DNA of 64,000 nucleotides from an uncultured Chitinophagaceae bacterium (GTDB lineage Bacteria; Bacteroidota; Bacteroidia; Chitinophagales; CAIOSU01): NCBI GenBank assembly GCA_964502525.1, contig CAZCXH010000004.1, positions 45 to 64,044 of the forward strand, read 5' to 3'. Shown piece by piece: positions 56,791 to 64,000 of this stretch (position 1 is its first letter; each line of letters starts with the position of its first letter). The notes under the pieces were generated by a model. It saw only the letters and a program-made list of their open reading frames with translations, ran no database searches and was not told where the DNA came from. The position numbers and the translations under genes were made by a program.

Positions 56791-57561
56791 ATGCCATCGT
56801 ACAAATTTCTCTCATGGAACGTGAACGGCTTGCGAGCCGTGATGAAAAAAAACTTTATGGAATGGTTTCAATCGCAGGATGCAGACATTGTTTGCCTGCA
56901 GGAAACCAAGTTGCAGCAGGAACAAATTCCTGCTGAATTGGTGAAGCCCGATGGTTATCACGCTTACTTTGATTTTGCGGAGAAGAAAGGATACAGCGGA
57001 GTGGCGCTGTTTTCAAAGCGCGAGCCCATCATCGTTTTAAAAACTATCGGTGAGAAGTTTGAACGCGAGGGCAGGATCCTGATTGCGGAATACCCTGAGT
57101 TCACGCTTTATGGGATTTATTTTCCCAACGGGCAGATGTCGGATGAACGGCTGCAATACAAGCTGAATTTTTATGAAGCCTTCCTGGAACATTGCGAAAA
57201 CCAGCGCAGGCAGGGAAAGAAGATCATCATCACCGGTGACGTCAACACCGCGCATAAAGAAATTGATTTGGCGCGACCGAAGGCTAATGAGGCGACTTCA
57301 GGATTTTTGCCCGTTGAAAGAGCGTGGTTAGACAAACTCATGGCTCACGGATACATTGACACCTTCCGCTTATTCAATCAAAGCGAAGGTCAGTACACTT
57401 ACTGGGACCAGCGCTTCAACGCCCGCTCGCGCAATGTCGGCTGGAGGATTGATTATTTTTTCGTGAGTGAAGATTTGAAAGCAAATGTGAAAGACGCTTT
57501 TATTCAGGCTGATGTGCAGGGATCAGATCATTGTCCGATTGGATTGGTGCTGGAGGTTTGA
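56791..57561 (+). CDS. xth: exodeoxyribonuclease III
   Basis: SWNVNGLRA, CLQETK, ..GDVNTAHKEIDL.., SDHCPI. Full-length 256 aa. Confidence 0.9.
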   Translation: MPSYKFLSWNVNGLRAVMKKNFMEWFQSQDADIVCLQETKLQQEQIPAELVKPDGYHAYFDFAEKKGYSGVALFSKREPIIVLKTIGEKFEREGRILIAEYPEFTLYGIYFPNGQMSDERLQYKLNFYEAFLEHCENQRRQGKKIIITGDVNTAHKEIDLARPKANEATSGFLPVERAWLDKLMAHGYIDTFRLFNQSEGQYTYWDQRFNARSRNVGWRIDYFFVSEDLKANVKDAFIQADVQGSDHCPIGLVLEV

Positions 57562-57595
57562 AACGAATGCTCTGTAATCATTTATTTTTGGAGCA

Positions 57596-58459
57596 ATGCA
57601 TCTTCAGCAAACAAAACGCGGCAGCCTCAAATCGGGAGGTCCCCAATATTACTTTCATAACCTGAGTGACGTTGTTAAAACTTATTTGCGTCAGAAAAGA
57701 GCCGTTCCGGTTGCGTTAGTCACTCCTTATGGTGCAACCAAAACCACTTTTTTCGCTGTGAGCAAGGATTTCAAATTTTCAAAAGGAAAAGTAGTTGCGG
57801 GAAATGTGGGGCACGACAGAATCCAACAAGGCGATTCATCTGAAAGTATTGGCGAGGCGATTCGGCTTTGGTACAACCTGCCAAAGGGAGATTTTGAAAA
57901 GATTGATTTAGAATTAGACATTATTGACGATTCATTTTACCTGACTCCAATACGGTATAAACAACCAAAGTCAAAAAGGAGCATTTCGATTCCAACGTTC
58001 GAAAGACCATTGACTTTCACTTCTCAATACATCAGCAAGTTCTGGAAAGACCAAATCAGTTATTTGACTTCTCTTAAAAAGAAAGAATTAGTTGAATGGT
58101 CATTCGAAGAAATTTCGAGAATCGCTGAAGACCACACCAAAAAGGTACCCCATATTCAAGAGCCGGACTTATTAAGAGCATCAGGACCGCTGAAGCACCT
58201 GGGAATTACGCTGGGAGCTTATGTCGGGAAAGGTTACGATTGCAAAAGCATCTTTCAATTTGATTCGCTGCCTCATTATACCGTGCCTGTAGAAATCAAG
58301 CGGCAGAGCAAAGGTTTTCATTACCAGATTAAGAAATACGGGAAAGAGGAATTATCACGCGCGGTAATTTTGTGCGCGAAGCATGATTTAGACCACGTTC
58401 CTAAAAATATTGACGTCATTGAACTGGCGGCATTCGCCCAATTCGGAAAGAGTTTATGA
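57596..58459 (+). CDS. hypothetical protein, candidate type II restriction endonuclease
   Basis: 4-nt overlap (ATGA) with the downstream DNA methyltransferase. The C-terminal ..FQFD-x8-VPVEIKRQ.. fits a PD-(D/E)xK-like D...ExK signature. AT-rich (~33% GC in sampled lines). Confidence 0.45.
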   Translation: MHLQQTKRGSLKSGGPQYYFHNLSDVVKTYLRQKRAVPVALVTPYGATKTTFFAVSKDFKFSKGKVVAGNVGHDRIQQGDSSESIGEAIRLWYNLPKGDFEKIDLELDIIDDSFYLTPIRYKQPKSKRSISIPTFERPLTFTSQYISKFWKDQISYLTSLKKKELVEWSFEEISRIAEDHTKKVPHIQEPDLLRASGPLKHLGITLGAYVGKGYDCKSIFQFDSLPHYTVPVEIKRQSKGFHYQIKKYGKEELSRAVILCAKHDLDHVPKNIDVIELAAFAQFGKSL

Positions 58460-59982
58460 ACTACGCTGACATTAAACCAATAGAAAAACGAATTCCCGCG
58501 CTCAGGCAGGCGGCAAAGCGGCATTATGGAGTGCATCCTTATTTTACAAGAAGACCTTACAATGTTGTCAGTGAATACATCCTCCAATACACTGCTCCCG
58601 GTGACGTGGTTTTAGACCCGTTCGGTGGTTCAGGCGTTACCGCCATAGAAGCTTTTTTGGAAAACAGAACAGGAATTCAGTCAGACATTAATCCGCTTGC
58701 GAATTTTATCACGAAAGGAATCGTATTGCTTCCCGAAGCGGAAGAAAGGGAGATTTCCGAAACGCTGCATTATTTCAATACTGTTTGCAAAGAGAAGTTA
58801 GAGCAAGTCGCATCAGCGCAAATTAATCTGAATGATTACAAAAAGATTTTACCGCCCAATGTAAAACTGCCCAAGAATGCTGACGTTGAATATTACCACG
58901 AGCTGTTCAGCGAAGAACAACTGGTTTCTTTAGCAATACTGAAAAACGAAATTGACGCGATTAAAAAAGAAGCTATCAGAAATCTTTTTCTGCTCGCATG
59001 GTCAGGAGCGCTTGCCCGCCTGAACAAAACTTTTATCTCCACAAAAGGACGCGCTGAATCAAGGGGCGGTTCCAGTATCTTCAGTATTTACCGTTACAAG
59101 GTTGCAAAGGACGAAGTTCATCTCGACCCGTGGACAGTCTTTCAGCAGCGGCTCGAAAGCATTCTTGATGCGCGGAAAGAAATCCTCAAAGCCATTGAAT
59201 TAAAAAAGAAGACTATCGGATGGTTTGGAAAATTCCAATGCTTCGACCTGGACGTTTTAGACCTGGAAAAGGAGTTGCAAGAAAGTGTTGACTACATTTT
59301 CACCGACCCACCCTATGGCGGACACATCTCTTACCTCGACCTTTCAACACTCTGGAATGTGTGGCTGGGAATTTCACCTGCTGATGAAGTGAAGGGAAAA
59401 GAGTTGATTGTGGGAGGGGAGTTGGGATTTCCGGAAGATTACTACGTCAGAAAATTGTATGACTCGATTCGGACTTGCTTCAACATGCTGAAAAAAGACC
59501 GATGGCTTTCGGTAGTGTTTCAGCATTGGAATATTCAGTACTTCAAATCCATTCTTCAGGCTGCTGAAGACTCAGGGGCGGAACTGAAGGCGGTTGTATC
59601 ACAGATTGGCGACCCGATTTGGTCAATGCACAAGAAGAAGGGAAAAGAATCTGTGCTGGCGGGGGAGGCGATTCTGACATTTTACAAAGGCTCAGGCAAA
59701 GCTGCCAAACGGAGGAATCCTGACGATGGGATTGATCTGACCTCCATTATTAACAACTTCCTTTCGTCATACACATCACCGGTTTTATACGGAGAGGTTT
59801 TGTTTAATCATCTCGTAATCAAATCGTGGAAGCATGGAGTTATTGACGATTTGAACATCACGAAAGATGATTTAACCGGCTTGCTTGAAAACAGCGGTTG
59901 GGTTTATGATGATTCGATTCACGCATGGCATAAGCATGAACTTAAAGTAGAGTTGAACCTGCAAGTTTCTGTTCCTGAGTGA
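58456..59982 (+). CDS. N6-adenine/N4-cytosine DNA methyltransferase (motif I before motif IV)
   Basis: DPFGGSGVTAIEA (SAM-binding motif I) at aa 54-66. FTDPPYGG (catalytic motif IV) ~230 aa downstream. Confidence 0.8.
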   Translation: MNYADIKPIEKRIPALRQAAKRHYGVHPYFTRRPYNVVSEYILQYTAPGDVVLDPFGGSGVTAIEAFLENRTGIQSDINPLANFITKGIVLLPEAEEREISETLHYFNTVCKEKLEQVASAQINLNDYKKILPPNVKLPKNADVEYYHELFSEEQLVSLAILKNEIDAIKKEAIRNLFLLAWSGALARLNKTFISTKGRAESRGGSSIFSIYRYKVAKDEVHLDPWTVFQQRLESILDARKEILKAIELKKKTIGWFGKFQCFDLDVLDLEKELQESVDYIFTDPPYGGHISYLDLSTLWNVWLGISPADEVKGKELIVGGELGFPEDYYVRKLYDSIRTCFNMLKKDRWLSVVFQHWNIQYFKSILQAAEDSGAELKAVVSQIGDPIWSMHKKKGKESVLAGEAILTFYKGSGKAAKRRNPDDGIDLTSIINNFLSSYTSPVLYGEVLFNHLVIKSWKHGVIDDLNITKDDLTGLLENSGWVYDDSIHAWHKHELKVELNLQVSVPE

Positions 59983-60011
59983 TGAAAATGATATTATAAT
60001 TTGACACCGCT

Positions 60012-60764
60012 ATGAAAAAACTCGTCCTTCTCCGTCACGGAGAAAGCATCTGGAACAAGGAGAACCGCTTCACCGGCTGGAAGGACGTTGGGCTTTCCGA
60101 AAAAGGGATGGAAGAAGCGAAAAAAGCCGGGCAGCTTTTGAAGAAAGAAGGATTTCAGTTTGATGTTGCATACACTTCCGTTTTGAAACGCGCCATTAAA
60201 ACGCTTTGGATTGCACTGGAAGAAATGGACTTAATGTGGATTCCGGTTTACCGTAGTTGGAGGTTAAATGAAAGACATTACGGTGCGCTACAAGGATTAA
60301 ACAAAGCGGAGACAGCGGCAAAATATGGAGACGAACAAGTGCTGATTTGGCGCAGAAGCTATGACATACCGCCACCGCCACTTGACAAAAACGATGAGCG
60401 CTACCCCGGAAATGACAAACGTTACAGAGACCTTGCCACGAGTGAAATTCCGCTGACCGAATGTTTGAAAGACACCGTTGGGCGCTTCGTTCCTTACTGG
60501 CAAAGCACGATTCTCCCTGACGTGCAAAAAGGAAAGAGCGTTTTAATTACAGCGCATGGTAATTCCTTACGCGCATTGGTGAAACACCTCGACAACATCC
60601 CTGACGACAAGATTGTCGGCATGAATATTCCAACCGGCATCCCGCTCGTATATGAGTTGGACGACAACATCAAGCCAATCAAAAATTATTATTTGGGCGA
60701 TCCCGAAGAAATCAAAAGAGCCATCGAGGGTGTTGCCAAACAGGGAAAAGCCGCTGCAAAATGA
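60012..60764 (+). CDS. gpmA: 2,3-bisphosphoglycerate-dependent phosphoglycerate mutase
   Basis: [46 protein letters not shown]. Confidence 0.92.
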   Translation: MKKLVLLRHGESIWNKENRFTGWKDVGLSEKGMEEAKKAGQLLKKEGFQFDVAYTSVLKRAIKTLWIALEEMDLMWIPVYRSWRLNERHYGALQGLNKAETAAKYGDEQVLIWRRSYDIPPPPLDKNDERYPGNDKRYRDLATSEIPLTECLKDTVGRFVPYWQSTILPDVQKGKSVLITAHGNSLRALVKHLDNIPDDKIVGMNIPTGIPLVYELDDNIKPIKNYYLGDPEEIKRAIEGVAKQGKAAAK

Positions 60765-61444
60765 GTGATACGCGCAGGTGGGTGATTGGCGATGTGCATG
60801 GATGTTCTATTACGCTTCGCTCGCTGATTGAAAACAAGATTCAACCCGGAAGGAATGACAAGCTGATTTTTGTCGGTGATTATGTTGACCGCGGTCCTGA
60901 CAGCAAGGGAGTGGTTTCTTACCTCATGGAACTGCGGCTGATGGGTTACAACCTCGTGATGCTGAAAGGCAACCACGAAGACATGATGCTGCGCTCGATT
61001 AACGACACTAAGTTGCGCAAGGATTGGTTTTACAACGGTGGCATGCCTACGCTGCGCAGCTTTGGCGTGCGCGAGACGAAGGAAGTGCCCTATCATTTCC
61101 TCGAGTTTCTCGAAGCGCTCGACTACTACCACGCGATGGACGATTTTCTCATCGTTCATGCCGGCTTGAATTTCGACATTCCCGATCCGCTTGCCGACCT
61201 CGAAGGCATGTTGTGGATCCGGAACACGTTTGTGCTGCCGGAAAAAATCAGCAACCGTACAATAGTCCATGGGCACACGCCCGTGACCGTTGAGCAAATT
61301 AAAGAGGCAATAGAAACTCACTCAAAAGATATTGACCTTGATGCCGGCTGTGTTTACACCGGCACGGAAGGCCTTGGAAATCTCTGCGCACTCGAGTTGA
61401 ATTCCATGCGGCTCGAAGTGCAACGCAATGCTGATTTTTTATAA
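60761..61444 (+). CDS. metallophosphoesterase (PPP-family Ser/Thr phosphatase / ApaH-like)
   Basis: [20 protein letters not shown], and ..VHGHTP motifs in canonical order. 4-nt overlap with gpmA. Confidence 0.8.
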   Translation: MSDTRRWVIGDVHGCSITLRSLIENKIQPGRNDKLIFVGDYVDRGPDSKGVVSYLMELRLMGYNLVMLKGNHEDMMLRSINDTKLRKDWFYNGGMPTLRSFGVRETKEVPYHFLEFLEALDYYHAMDDFLIVHAGLNFDIPDPLADLEGMLWIRNTFVLPEKISNRTIVHGHTPVTVEQIKEAIETHSKDIDLDAGCVYTGTEGLGNLCALELNSMRLEVQRNADFL

Positions 61445-61482
61445 TAATCCTGATTTCTTCCCTAACTTTATTTGAAACATTT

Positions 61483-61731
61483 GTGATGAAAGCCGCTGAA
61501 CTAAAGCATAAAGTTCTAACTGAGATTAAGTCGCTGGACAAAAAAGGATTGGAAGAAGCTTATGGGGTATTGATTAATTTTTTTAACAGCCGGAACGACT
61601 ATTCCGAATGGAGCAATCTTTCCAAAAAACAAAGGGGAGGTATTCTGCTTGCGGTGAAGCAACTTGATGAGGGAAAAGGAATTCCTCACAAAAAAGTGAT
61701 GAAGAAATACCGCAAAAGGTATAATGGCTAA
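61483..61731 (+). CDS. putative antitoxin (partner of the inactivated ParE/RelE toxin)
   Basis: 82-aa helical protein (..LSKKQRGGILLAVKQLDEGKGIPHKKV..) whose end overlaps the toxin ATG at 61724. Same layout as 37485-37724. Confidence 0.5.
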   Translation: MMKAAELKHKVLTEIKSLDKKGLEEAYGVLINFFNSRNDYSEWSNLSKKQRGGILLAVKQLDEGKGIPHKKVMKKYRKRYNG

Positions 61732-62023
61732 GAAAATAATTTGATCACCGTCTGCAGAAAAAGATTTAGAGTTGACAACAAGCTACCTTTTAAAAAATTG
61801 GAATGAGAAAGCAGTGGGCAGTTTCCTTGATAAGCTGGAAAGTTCCATTCGCCTGCTATCACAATTCCCGTTCATGTTTCCTTGTATCAACCGGAAATAT
61901 GGAGTTCATAAATGCGTGGTCACAAAACATAATGCTCTTTTTTACAGGGTGAATGAAGACCGTGTTGAATTACTGCGGTTGTTTGATACGCGGCAAGACC
62001 CGGAGAAATTGAAATTTGTTTAA
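61724..62023 (+). pseudogene. RelE/ParE-family toxin with a premature TGA at codon 7
   Basis: Reads MAKKII*SPSAEKDLELTTSYLLKNWNEKAV..FPFMFP...HKCVVTKHNALFYRVNEDRVELLRLFDTRQDP. The TGA at 61742-61744 sits where family members have Trp (TGG). Confidence 0.7.
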
Positions 62024-62039
62024 CCAAAAAATAGATGAC

Positions 62040-62729
62040 ATGCCCAAACCTAAAATCGCTGTGCTCCTCTCCGGTTGCGGAGTGTATGACGGAGCTGAAA
62101 TTCACGAATCGGTTCTGACGCTGCTGGCGCTCGATCAGGCAGGAGCCGCATATCAGTGCATCGCGCCCGATATGAACCAGCATCACGTCATCAACCACAT
62201 CACGGGTGATGAGATGAATGAGAAAAGAAATGTATTGATTGAAGCCGCGCGCATTGCCCGCGGCAATATCAAATCAGTCAAACAGGTGTCGGCAAAGGAT
62301 TTTGACGGACTGGTGATGCCCGGAGGATTTGGCGCTGCGAAGAACCTTACCAATTGGGCGTTCTCCGGCCCCGATGGCGAGATTCATCCGGAGGTAAAAC
62401 GCATCATCAATGAGATGGTCATTGCGAACAAACCCGTGGTAGCAGTTTGCATGAGCCCGGCTGTGGTTGCAAAAGCGTTTGCCGGAACGAGCATCAAGCC
62501 AAAACTTACGGTCGGCACTACCAAAGAAAAATCTTCGTATGACATTGCAGCCGTGAGCGCTGGCATGGAGAAAGCCGGGGCGGTTGCGGAGATGGCGGGC
62601 GTTGAAGAGATTGTCGTGGACGAAAAAAACAAAATCATCACTTCGCCCTGCTACATGATGGAGGCGAGCATCTCCCAAGTCTATTCGGGAATCAGGAAGG
62701 CTGTTGAGAAAATGATGGATTGGATATGA
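62040..62729 (+). CDS. elbB: ElbB-type DJ-1/PfpI-family glyoxalase
   Basis: KIAVLLSGCGVYDGAEIHESVLTLLALDQAGA...NVLIEAARIARG...VMPGGFGAAKNL are nearly collinear with E. coli ElbB as I recall it. Confidence 0.85.
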   Translation: MPKPKIAVLLSGCGVYDGAEIHESVLTLLALDQAGAAYQCIAPDMNQHHVINHITGDEMNEKRNVLIEAARIARGNIKSVKQVSAKDFDGLVMPGGFGAAKNLTNWAFSGPDGEIHPEVKRIINEMVIANKPVVAVCMSPAVVAKAFAGTSIKPKLTVGTTKEKSSYDIAAVSAGMEKAGAVAEMAGVEEIVVDEKNKIITSPCYMMEASISQVYSGIRKAVEKMMDWI

Positions 62730-62733
62730 TGCC

Positions 62734-64000
62734 ATGCCGGAAATCCCCGTAACTGAATCTTCCCCCGCAAAGAAACACTTCACCCTTCTCGAAGTAGCGC
62801 GCAGCATTGAAAAAACCATCCGCGAAAAATTTACGGGGCGCTACTGGGTGAAGGCGGAAATCGCCAAACTGAACTACTATCCCAAAAGCGGGCATTGTTA
62901 TCCTGAATTGGTGGAAAAGAAGGACGGAAAAGTGCTGGCGCAAATGCGCTCCACCATCTGGGCAAGCTATTTCAATGCCATCACCCGGAAATTCAATCAA
63001 GCTACGAAAGAAGAATTGCGGGAAGGAATGACCGTCATGCTTCTTGCGAAAGTGGAGTTTCACCCTTCGCACGGAATGCAGTTGAACGTGCTCGACATTG
63101 ACACGGACTATTCGCTCGGGCAGATGGCGCGTGAGAAAAATGAAACCATCGCGCGACTGAAGAAGGAAGGAATTTTCGACAGCAATAAGAAGATTGCATT
63201 TCCGCTATTGCCGAAACGGATCGCGATCATCTCCGTGCAGACCAGCAAGGGCTTTCATGACCTGATGAGCATTTTGGAAAAAAACGACTGGGGCTATAAA
63301 TTCTCTCATTTGCTTTTTCCGGCATTGCTGCAGGGCGACCATGCCGCCCAATCCATCCGCAGGCAGCTCTGGAATATAAAACGGCATGCAGCACATTTTG
63401 ATGTGGCGCTTATCATCCGGGGCGGGGGCGGTGATATCGGGTTGAGCTGCTACGACAATTATGAACTGGCAAAAGATGTTGCATTGCTGCCGATTCCGGT
63501 GATCACCGGGATAGGTCATTCAACGAATGAAACTGTGGTGGAGATGATTGCCAATCAGAACAAGATCACTCCGACTGACGTGGCGTATTTTCTCATTCAG
63601 CAGTTCCATAATTTCGCAGCGAGAGTTCAGACGGCAATGGACACCGTTGCAGGATATGCAGAAAATTTATTGTCTGACGAACAGCAAAGATTGGACGGGC
63701 AAATCCGCCATTTCAAATCCAACACGCAGCGACTGATTGACAGGAATAAATTCTCCCTTCAATCTTCAGCGCAAAATATTGAAAGGATCTCCCGCTCGTT
63801 CCTTAACAACCAAAGAAGAGACCTGCGGGAATCCGCTTACAAGCTGAAATACAAGCCGGTTCAAAAGGTAAGCGATGAACGCATTGCCTTGAACGGTTGG
63901 GCAAAACTGCTGGCGCTGCACGGCAGGCAGACGATGAAAAATGAATCATCAAGATTAGCGACCTTTGAAACCAAGGTGAAATTGCTGGAACCGCGCAACG
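62734..64000 (+). CDS. xseA: exodeoxyribonuclease VII large subunit (3'-truncated by the window end)
   Basis: Not in the ORF track because there is no stop inside the window. My own translation from ATG 62734 reads MPEIPVTESSPAKKHFTLLEVARSIEKTI..RYWVKAEIAKLNYYPKSGHCYPELVEK...IAIISVQTSKGFHDL...IIRGGGGDIGLSCYDNYELAK..IPVITGIGHSTNETV, which is typical XseA. Confidence 0.85.
   Translation, partial: MPEIPVTESSPAKKHFTLLEVARSIEKTIREKFTGRYWVKAEIAKLNYYPKSGHCYPELVEKKDGKVLAQMRSTIWASYFNAITRKFNQATKEELREGMTVMLLAKVEFHPSHGMQLNVLDIDTDYSLGQMAREKNETIARLKKEGIFDSNKKIAFPLLPKRIAIISVQTSKGFHDLMSILEKNDWGYKFSHLLFPALLQGDHAAQSIRRQLWNIKRHAAHFDVALIIRGGGGDIGLSCYDNYELAKDVALLPIPVITGIGHSTNETVVEMIANQNKITPTDVAYFLIQQFHNFAARVQTAMDTVAGYAENLLSDEQQRLDGQIRHFKSNTQRLIDRNKFSLQSSAQNIERISRSFLNNQRRDLRESAYKLKYKPVQKVSDERIALNGWAKLLALHGRQTMKNESSRLATFETKVKLLEPRN

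Noticed and set aside
1-64000. Search by eye for tRNA (GGTTCGAATCC-type T-arms), rRNA, tmRNA and CRISPR repeats.
   Set aside because: No convincing T-arm/acceptor combination, rRNA-like segment or repeat-spacer array was seen. Absence cannot be proven without tRNAscan or Infernal.

Overview
This 64-kb window looks like a Bacteroidota chromosome segment. The evidence is several T9SS type A and type B C-terminal sorting domains, SprB-type repeats, a FISUMP domain and TAnnTTTG-like -7 boxes. All calls come from reading the ORF translations and DNA by eye; no search or computation was run.

Core genes present:
- pdp (thymidine phosphorylase), ACMSD-type amidohydrolase, ferritin, a sodium:solute symporter and an OmpA/PD40 protein.
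- ctaA, xth, gpmA, elbB and a partial xseA.
- A split transketolase plus an SpsF-like cytidylyltransferase, forming a sugar-modification cluster.

Large surface proteins: five T9SS cargo genes. One is a 2474-aa SprB-repeat protein, two are tandem ~1900-aa LamG/PKD paralogs, and one is a 983-aa glycine-rich/Ig-repeat/PKD protein.

Accessory material:
- A freshly inserted ISL3-family IS with perfect 37-bp inverted repeats and an 8-bp target duplication. It splits an HExxH protein gene.
- Three type II toxin-antitoxin pairs, one with a nonsense-inactivated toxin.
- An AT-rich restriction-modification-like gene pair between xth and gpmA.
- Gene remnants: a WYL-regulator C-terminus, a Zn-ADH N-terminus and an ACMSD 3' duplicate.
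- Several families of short palindromic or MITE-like repeats, one apparently lying in frame inside ctaA.

Most unusual observations:
1. A regulator whose N-terminal half resembles EF-Tu domain III, fused to an ArsR wHTH. It sits divergent to the IS-disrupted HExxH gene.
2. A Hanks kinase::FISUMP mosaic gene near a double-FHA ABC transporter and an M48 peptidase.
3. A J-domain gene bracketed by two diverged copies of the ACMSD 3' end that differ almost only at synonymous sites.

I found no tRNA, rRNA or CRISPR array.
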